DNA from: an uncultured Planctomycetia bacterium
GTDB taxonomy: Bacteria > Omnitrophota > Gorgyraeia > Tantalellales > Tantalellaceae
NCBI GenBank assembly: GCA_964527765.1
Contig: CAZGQR010000008.1
Location: 14,264 to 78,263, forward strand
DNA length: 64,000 bases
Direction of reading: 5' to 3'
Shown one piece after another: positions 58,009 to 64,000 of the stretch. A program made the translations under genes and the position numbers. The number at the start of each line of letters is the position of its first letter. The stretch's first letter is position 1. The notes beneath the pieces are model-generated. The model ran no database searches. It was not told the DNA's origin and saw nothing but the letters and a program-made list of their open reading frames with translations.

Positions 58009-59220
58009 TTATTTCTTTAAGACCTTTAATAGATCAGCGATCTCCGCGCCCGGATAATAATATTCCAGGATCCTCTCGGTACTCCACCTCCTGAGCCCCA
58101 GACCGAACGCGCCCCACTGGCACATCCCTACCCCATGCCCCCAGCCATACCCGCTGAAAAGGTAAAAAAGCGGGTACCTCTTTACTTTAAAATTGGCGCT
58201 TTTCAGGATCCTTCTGCCGATGACAGACCTGAAATCTTCAGTCGTTATTTCAAACCATTTGTTTTTTGATTTTATCCTCACATATTCCAGGCGCCCCGAG
58301 TTATCCCGTTTTCCGCCCCTGATATCGTCGATCTTTTTTATCTGATAGCCCCTGTCGTTGAGTCTTTCAAGAATAAGGCGGGTCGGCACGCGCACCTGCC
58401 AGCGAAAATGAGGTGACCACCTGCACCAGGAACATTTCACGCTTTTGAGGGGGCCGGCATTTTCTCCCGCAACAGACCATTCCGGGTTCTTTCCCCATAT
58501 ACGTGAAACATCCTGGGTATGTCCGCCGCAACAGGAATGAAAATACGCCGGCAGGATCTTCCCCCTATATTCCAGGACTTTGCTCCCCGTAGCTTCAACC
58601 GCCTTGGTTGTCCGCCATCTCTCGCTGGACTTCCCGCCATAAACCTGCGAAGACGTATCGGCGGTCAGGTCATATTCTTTGTCCCCTCGGCGCAGCGCCT
58701 GATATACCGCGAAACTGCGCGAGGCGATCGCCTGCGCTTTTATTACCGCGAACGGCCAGAAACGGTGCACCTCCCGCGGTACTACACCTTTCAGATAATC
58801 TTCCAGCTCCACCCTGTTGACCGCATCAAACCCTTTGTCCGTTCTCACAATATCCATCTGCCCCCTGTAGATCACGCCGTTCAGCATAATGCCATCACCC
58901 GGGACAGAAGAGATCCGGATACGCGGAACGTTAAATACTTTCCCGCCGAGATCTATGCCTCCGCCGGCAGGCATGACTTTCGTGGCGCCGGGGATCACGA
59001 TCCCGCTTTCCAGCAGGTTTCCCGTTTCAGCATCACGCACTTCGCATTTCTTTTTTTCGCTTCCGAGCTTCAACTCGCCCGCATCATGGACAAGACGGAC
59101 GCGTATAACAAAAGGGCGCTTTTTTACGGGGAATGGTTCCAGGGGGATAAAAAGGAATTTAAAAACTGCAAGGGCCAGTACAAGAATTATACCCAGCCGG
59201 ATCATTCTTTTATTCAGCAT
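58009..59220 (-). CDS. SpoIID/LytB domain protein
   Basis: It has an N-terminal TM segment and contains FHSCCGGHTQ and GHGVGMCQWGA, which are SpoIID motifs. Confidence 0.85.
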   Translation of the reverse strand: MLNKRMIRLGIILVLALAVFKFLFIPLEPFPVKKRPFVIRVRLVHDAGELKLGSEKKKCEVRDAETGNLLESGIVIPGATKVMPAGGGIDLGGKVFNVPRIRISSVPGDGIMLNGVIYRGQMDIVRTDKGFDAVNRVELEDYLKGVVPREVHRFWPFAVIKAQAIASRSFAVYQALRRGDKEYDLTADTSSQVYGGKSSERWRTTKAVEATGSKVLEYRGKILPAYFHSCCGGHTQDVSRIWGKNPEWSVAGENAGPLKSVKCSWCRWSPHFRWQVRVPTRLILERLNDRGYQIKKIDDIRGGKRDNSGRLEYVRIKSKNKWFEITTEDFRSVIGRRILKSANFKVKRYPLFYLFSGYGWGHGVGMCQWGAFGLGLRRWSTERILEYYYPGAEIADLLKVLKK

Positions 59221-59322
59221 AATTATTTACTTTGACGATCTGCGATTCGCCGTCATGAGCGGAGAAGCAAAAATATCAGGATTGGTTCAAGTCAGCGCCG
59301 CGTCATCCTGGCGGCACCGGGA

Positions 59323-59550
59323 TTATCTTCTGAAAAACAGAAAAAACAACAGAGACAACAATATGCTTACCAGGATACAGGTAGCCAGGGGAAAATAAAA
59401 CGTAAAGTTTCCGCGCCTGAGAATGATATCTCCCGGCAATCTCCCCAACCACGGCAATTTCGATGCCAGAAGAACTATTCCTCCTACCAAAACCAATAAC
59501 AAACCAAACGCAATAAGATATTTCCCGATAATCTGCACCAAGGAGCTCAA
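59323..59550 (-). CDS. DUF2905 small membrane protein
   Basis: It is 75 aa and contains LPGDIILRRGNFTFYFPLATCILVS. It overlaps the ruvB stop by 4 nt. Confidence 0.6.
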   Translation of the reverse strand: MSSLVQIIGKYLIAFGLLLVLVGGIVLLASKLPWLGRLPGDIILRRGNFTFYFPLATCILVSILLSLLFFLFFRR

Positions 59551-60593
59551 AACAATTCTTTCTGGCGGTTACCCCTCTTGTCCATGTACTTATACGCTTC
59601 TTCCGTCAGCTCGCGCCCGCGCGGTGTTCTTCTTAAAAACCCTATTTTTAAAAGATACGGTTCGACAATATCCTCTATGGTATCCGTCTCTTCGTTAAGC
59701 GACGAAGCAATGGCATCTATGCCTACCGGGCCGCCTTTGTAAGACGTGTACATCACATCAAGCATTTTGCGGTCTATCCTGTCCAGCCCCTTTTCATCTA
59801 TACCATGGCCGCTTAAAGCGTTGATGGTGGCTTCACGGGTAATACGTCCGTCCGCCTTGACCTCCGCCCAATCCCTGACCCTTCTTAACAGACGGTTAGC
59901 TATGCGGGGCGTACCTCTTGAACGTTTCGCGATATCCGTAGCTCCCTCATCATCGATAAAGATGCCCAGAAGCTTGGCGGAACGCTTGAGGATCATTTCC
60001 AGTTCTTTCGGGGAATAAAAGTCAAGATGAAAGAACATGCCGAATCTGTCCCTGAGAGGAGAGCTCAAAAGGCCCGCGCGTGTAGTGGCCCCGACAAGAG
60101 TGAAACGTTTGAGATTGAACTTTATCGTTTTTGCGTAAGGCCCTTTATCCACCAGAAAGTCTATCTGAAAGTTCTCCATGGCAGGGTAAATGAACTCCTC
60201 CACGACCTTGGACAGGCGATGGATCTCATCGATAAAAAGGATATCCCCTTCCGACAGATTGGTCAATATGCCTATAAGATCACCCGCTCTCTCAATAGCC
60301 GGACCGCTCGTGGCTGTTATCTTGCTGCCTTTCTCATTCGCGATTATATGCGCCAGTGATGTCTTCCCGAGGCCCGGAGGCCCGGAAAGAAGTATATGCT
60401 CTATCGGTTCGTTCCTTTTCTTGGCCGCCTGAAGTCCCACGCTGAGGGGCTCTACCACTGCGCTCTGCCCGATGAAATCCTTGATCAGGCTCGGCCTGAG
60501 CGTAAGGTTCATGATAACATCGTCTTCGGTCTCGCCCTGGCGGACTATTTGCTCGCTTTTATCAATAAATTTTTCGCGTTCATCCCCTGACAT
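59547..60593 (-). CDS. ruvB: Holliday junction branch migration helicase RuvB
   Basis: It has the AAA+ motifs GPPGLGKTSLA (Walker A) and LFIDEIHRL (Walker B). Confidence 0.93.
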   Translation of the reverse strand: MSGDEREKFIDKSEQIVRQGETEDDVIMNLTLRPSLIKDFIGQSAVVEPLSVGLQAAKKRNEPIEHILLSGPPGLGKTSLAHIIANEKGSKITATSGPAIERAGDLIGILTNLSEGDILFIDEIHRLSKVVEEFIYPAMENFQIDFLVDKGPYAKTIKFNLKRFTLVGATTRAGLLSSPLRDRFGMFFHLDFYSPKELEMILKRSAKLLGIFIDDEGATDIAKRSRGTPRIANRLLRRVRDWAEVKADGRITREATINALSGHGIDEKGLDRIDRKMLDVMYTSYKGGPVGIDAIASSLNEETDTIEDIVEPYLLKIGFLRRTPRGRELTEEAYKYMDKRGNRQKELF

Positions 60594-60595
60594 GT

Positions 60596-61219
60596 TTAGG
60601 GCGCCTTTCTCTCTCTGTAAACCTCGTTCAATAATTCCCCGCTTGTCTTGACATCCGGGGCCCTTTCCAGGGCTTTCCGGACCATATCCTCCGCCTCGCT
60701 CTTTTTATATTGCAACTGAAGCAGGATATCAAGGGCCTCGCTCCCGATATCCTCGTGCCCTTCCATTTTGCCGACAAACTCATCCCGTATAAGCCCGTAC
60801 TTGCCTACCTTGCCCTGAAGCTTTGCCACGATCTGCCGGGCCCTTTGTTCCCCTATGCCGGGCAGTTTCTTAAGAAAAGAGATATCGCCGCTGTCAATGG
60901 CCCCGGCTATTACCGAGAACGGTTCCACGAGGGCCTTGCAAGCTGCCTTGGGACCTACTCCGGAGACCGAAATGAATTTCTCAAAAAACTCTCTTTCAAC
61001 TTCGTTCTGAAAACCGATAAGCACCGGAACGGTGCGTGAAGGTTCAACTTGGTGGTAATGATAAGTTATGAGCCCAAGCTGCCCCTTAAACCCGTTCTCC
61101 TTTTCTATCGCCTTCATGACGGTAAACGGGATAAGGATCTCGTAGCATATGCCGCCGGTATCTACAAGGATCGCTCCTTCTTTTTCGCCTACAACAGTAC
61201 CGGATATTCGCGATATCAT
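60596..61219 (-). CDS. ruvA: Holliday junction DNA helicase RuvA
   Basis: It has an OB fold, 2x HhH (LPGIGEQRARQIV) and a C-terminal domain. It lies between ruvC and ruvB. Confidence 0.9.
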   Translation of the reverse strand: MISRISGTVVGEKEGAILVDTGGICYEILIPFTVMKAIEKENGFKGQLGLITYHYHQVEPSRTVPVLIGFQNEVEREFFEKFISVSGVGPKAACKALVEPFSVIAGAIDSGDISFLKKLPGIGEQRARQIVAKLQGKVGKYGLIRDEFVGKMEGHEDIGSEALDILLQLQYKKSEAEDMVRKALERAPDVKTSGELLNEVYRERKAP

Positions 61220-61731
61220 GATGCCTTCCCTTTTGTCACGGATCTTTTCTGCTCCACACCTTCAATATACACGTAACTGATCGCCATAGCAAGAGCATCA
61301 CTGACATCAGGAGGCTCGGGAAGCGTATTAAGTTTTAGAAGCGACTTGACCATCCTTTGTACCTGGTGCTTGCCTGCTCTGCCGTTGCCGGTAACGGCTT
61401 TCTTGATACGCGTTGCCGGGTAATTTATAAGCTCCACATTGTTCACTCCGCATGCCAAGCAGACAACCCCCCTGGCATGCCCCATGAGTATCGACGTAGT
61501 GGGATGCTTGTAATGAGAGTAAAGTTTCTCCAGGACAAGGACCCGGGGCTTATGCTCCGCTATTATATCCGTCAGATTCTTATATATACCGGCAACGCGC
61601 TCGGAGATACCGTCCTCAGGAGAAGTCCTGATGATCCCGGCTTCTAATAACCTCACCCGGTCCGGCCCGTCCGCTTCGATCAGGCCGTATCCGGTCCTCA
61701 ACAATCCTGGGTCAACTCCTAAAATCCTCAC
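61216..61731 (-). CDS. ruvC: Crossover junction endodeoxyribonuclease RuvC
   Basis: It begins MRILGVDPGL and contains the acidic catalytic residues. It is 171 aa. Confidence 0.9.
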   Translation of the reverse strand: MRILGVDPGLLRTGYGLIEADGPDRVRLLEAGIIRTSPEDGISERVAGIYKNLTDIIAEHKPRVLVLEKLYSHYKHPTTSILMGHARGVVCLACGVNNVELINYPATRIKKAVTGNGRAGKHQVQRMVKSLLKLNTLPEPPDVSDALAMAISYVYIEGVEQKRSVTKGKAS

Positions 61732-61735
61732 AAAA

Positions 61736-62494
61736 TCAGCCGCTATCTTCTACTTTCTTTAAAATCTCATCCGGGATATCAAAATTGGAATAGACATTCT
61801 GAACGTCATCATTATCTTCAAGATCCTCCACGAGAGCCAGGACTTTTTTCGCGGTTTCCATGTCTTCGACCCTGATGGTATTCTTTGGGACCATGCTCAG
61901 CTCCCCGGATTCGATCGGCACGTTCTTTTTATTAAGCCCTGACCGAACTTTATCAAAATCCGTGGGCGCGCAGACGATCTGATAAAAATCCTCATCAAAA
62001 GTAAGGTCTTCAGCGCCCGCCTCCAGTGCTATGTTCAAAAGCTCATCCTCATCCGCATCCCCTCTCTTCACCATGAAGACGCCTTTCTTATCGAACTGAA
62101 ACGTGACTGACCCGGCTCCCGCCATGTTCCCTCCGCGCTTTGTAAAGATATTGCGGACTTCGCTGGTCGTGCGGTTCTTATTATCCGTCAGGCCTTCCAC
62201 TATCACAGCCACGCCGCCGGGCGCGTATCCTTCGAAGGACACGGTTTCATAAGAAACGCCCCCCAACTCACCGGTACCCTTTTTTATCCCGCGCTCGATA
62301 TTATCCGCCGGCATGTTGGCGTCTTTGGCTTTCTGGATCGCCAGGCGTAACCTGGGGTTGGAATCCACTCCTCCTCCGCCTTCCCTCGCCGCCACGGTTA
62401 TTTCCCGGATCAGTTTTGTGAATATCTTGCCGCGCTTGGCATCCGCTGCCCCTTTTTTGTGCTTGATGCTTGCCCATTTGGAATGTCCGGACAT
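61736..62494 (-). CDS. yebC: YebC/PmpR-family transcriptional regulator
   Basis: It begins MSGHSKWASIKHKKGAADAKRGKIFTKL, the classic YebC N-terminus. Confidence 0.9.
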   Translation of the reverse strand: MSGHSKWASIKHKKGAADAKRGKIFTKLIREITVAAREGGGGVDSNPRLRLAIQKAKDANMPADNIERGIKKGTGELGGVSYETVSFEGYAPGGVAVIVEGLTDNKNRTTSEVRNIFTKRGGNMAGAGSVTFQFDKKGVFMVKRGDADEDELLNIALEAGAEDLTFDEDFYQIVCAPTDFDKVRSGLNKKNVPIESGELSMVPKNTIRVEDMETAKKVLALVEDLEDNDDVQNVYSNFDIPDEILKKVEDSG

Positions 62495-62497
62495 GTA

Positions 62498-64000
62498 TTA
62501 CTCCTCTTCTTTTTTCCCTTTCTTGCTCTGTTCGATGATCTTCTGCGCCAGATTGGAGGGAACCTGCTCGTAATGAGAAAATGACATCGTGTAAGTCGCC
62601 CTCCCCGCGGTAAGCGATTTCAATTCGTTGGCGTACTTATACATCTCCTCCAGAGGTATCTGGGCTTTCACGACCTGCATGCCGCCCTCGGGATTCATTC
62701 CCTGAACCCGGCCGCGACGGGAACTTAAACTCCCTGTTATGTCGCCCATATTCTCCTCGGGAACCGTAAGCTCCACGTTCATGATGGGTTCCAGGAGCGC
62801 CGGCTTGGCTTTTCCGCAGGCTTCGCGAAACGCATGCGCGGCGGCTATCTGAAAAGCGATGTCCTTGGAATCCACGGGGTGGGTCTTGCCGTCATAGACG
62901 ACCACCCTTATATCGATCACCGGATACCCCGCTACCGCCCCTTCTTCCAACGCGTTCTTTATGCCCTTTTCACAGCTCCCGACAAACTGCCTGGGTATGG
63001 CCCCGCCGACAACCTCATCGACAAACTGGAATCCCTCGCCGCGGGCAAGCGGCTCGACCCGCATCCAGACTTCGGCAAACTGCCCGGCTCCGCCTGTCTG
63101 CTTCTTGTGTCTGTACTTGGAATCACCGTTAGCAGTTATGGTCTCCTTATAGGCCACTTTCGGGGTCCCTATCTCCACATCCACTCCGTAACGGTTCTTC
63201 ATCCTTCCGATCATCGCTTTGAGATGAAGATCCCCCATGCCGGAAACGATGAGCTCGTGGGTCTGCTTGTCCCTGGTCATCTGAAACGTCGGATTCTCAG
63301 CCGTAAGCTTCATAAGAACATTGGATATTTTATCCTCGTCAGACCGGCTCTTGGGTTTTATCGAAAAGCTTATGGCCGGTTCGGGAAAACTGATATTCTT
63401 GAATCTTACCGGCGCCTTATCGTCAGAAAGAGAGTCGCCTGTATCGGTATCTTTCAGTTTTGCCACTGCCGCGATATCCCCGGCAATCGCGGAATCAGCC
63501 TGCACCTGCTCCTTTCCCTTCAGGTACATTAGCTGCCCGATTTTTTCGACACTGTCCTTCGTGGAGTTTTTAATCGATTGGTTTGAAACGGCTTTTCCGG
63601 ACCTCACACGGAACACCGATATCTGCCCGGCATAAGGATCCGATATCGTCTTGAACACCTGGGCGGAAAAAGTGCCTTCGGCTTTCGGCTCCACGATTGC
63701 CGCGCTTTCGCCTTCGGTTTCCCCGCCGGGAGATTCCAGCTCAGCCCCGGGACGATCTTCGGGAGAAGGCATATAATCGCTTATTATTTTCATGATCTCA
63801 TCGACACCTATATCCTTTTCTACCGATGCCGGAATGACCGGAATGATCTTGCCCGACACGACACCGGCCCTGAACGCTTTTCTGAAATCTTCCGGCGAAA
63901 GCTCCCCCTCCTCCAGATATTTCTCAAGAAGAGCGTCGTCAGACTCGGCTACCCCTTCGGTCATCTCGTTGGAAAGCTTGTCCGCTTTTTCTTTGTCAGT
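62498..64000 (-). CDS. Elongation factor G-family GTPase, partial (G domain beyond the window end)
   Basis: EF-G domains II-V are present (GDLHLKAMIGRM, YRHKKQTGGAGQFA, PVIDIRVVVYDGKTHPVDS). The frame is open to position 64000. Confidence 0.85.
   Translation of the reverse strand, partial: TDKEKADKLSNEMTEGVAESDDALLEKYLEEGELSPEDFRKAFRAGVVSGKIIPVIPASVEKDIGVDEIMKIISDYMPSPEDRPGAELESPGGETEGESAAIVEPKAEGTFSAQVFKTISDPYAGQISVFRVRSGKAVSNQSIKNSTKDSVEKIGQLMYLKGKEQVQADSAIAGDIAAVAKLKDTDTGDSLSDDKAPVRFKNISFPEPAISFSIKPKSRSDEDKISNVLMKLTAENPTFQMTRDKQTHELIVSGMGDLHLKAMIGRMKNRYGVDVEIGTPKVAYKETITANGDSKYRHKKQTGGAGQFAEVWMRVEPLARGEGFQFVDEVVGGAIPRQFVGSCEKGIKNALEEGAVAGYPVIDIRVVVYDGKTHPVDSKDIAFQIAAAHAFREACGKAKPALLEPIMNVELTVPEENMGDITGSLSSRRGRVQGMNPEGGMQVVKAQIPLEEMYKYANELKSLTAGRATYTMSFSHYEQVPSNLAQKIIEQSKKGKKEEE

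Overview
This window is a gene-dense bacterial chromosomal segment of about 50% GC. Almost every gene lies on the minus strand; the only plus-strand gene is rpmB. No rRNA, tRNA, CRISPR array, transposase or integrase was recognisable by eye. Three blocks can be distinguished.

(i) Positions 1-17.1 kb and 55.9-64 kb are housekeeping genes: lnt (partial), fabD, fabH, plsX, rpmF, ackA, pta, coaD, rsmD, recG, rpmB, recJ, a CDF transporter, fused secDF, yajC, tgt, queA, a SpoIID-domain protein, ruvCAB, yebC and a partial EF-G-family gene.

(ii) Positions 26.3-55.8 kb form a polysaccharide biosynthesis and export locus of about 29 kb. It contains at least 11 glycosyltransferases, including a GT4-GT9 fusion, an ArnT/PMT-like enzyme and a CgeB-like enzyme. 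It also has 4 SAM methyltransferases and an amino-sugar cassette (DegT, LmbE-like, WbqC-like, epimerase). For export and regulation it encodes a Wzm/Wzt ABC exporter, an O-antigen-ligase-like protein, Wzc, Wza, an ExeA-like ATPase, an HD-GYP protein and a WecA-like initiating transferase.

(iii) Positions 17.1-26.3 kb are the most interesting part. A compact, co-directional operon is preceded by a near-consensus sigma70 promoter. It encodes a YkgJ-family Cys-cluster protein, two tandem radical-SAM/SPASM enzymes, an HprK-related P-loop kinase and an ABC exporter. These are followed by a stand-alone PqqD-like RRE protein and a 99-aa Gly- and Cys-rich peptide carrying seven C-x-x-G repeats, which is a candidate RiPP or cofactor precursor. 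The operon continues with a signal-peptidase-I-like protein fused to an extra C-terminal domain, a PF14907-type nucleotidyltransferase and a VanZ-like membrane protein. A long inverted repeat and a separately promoted orphan response regulator follow.

This gene set matches no characterised RiPP class that I can name. It is not a lasso cluster (no cyclase or B2 protease) and not a mycofactocin or PQQ cluster.
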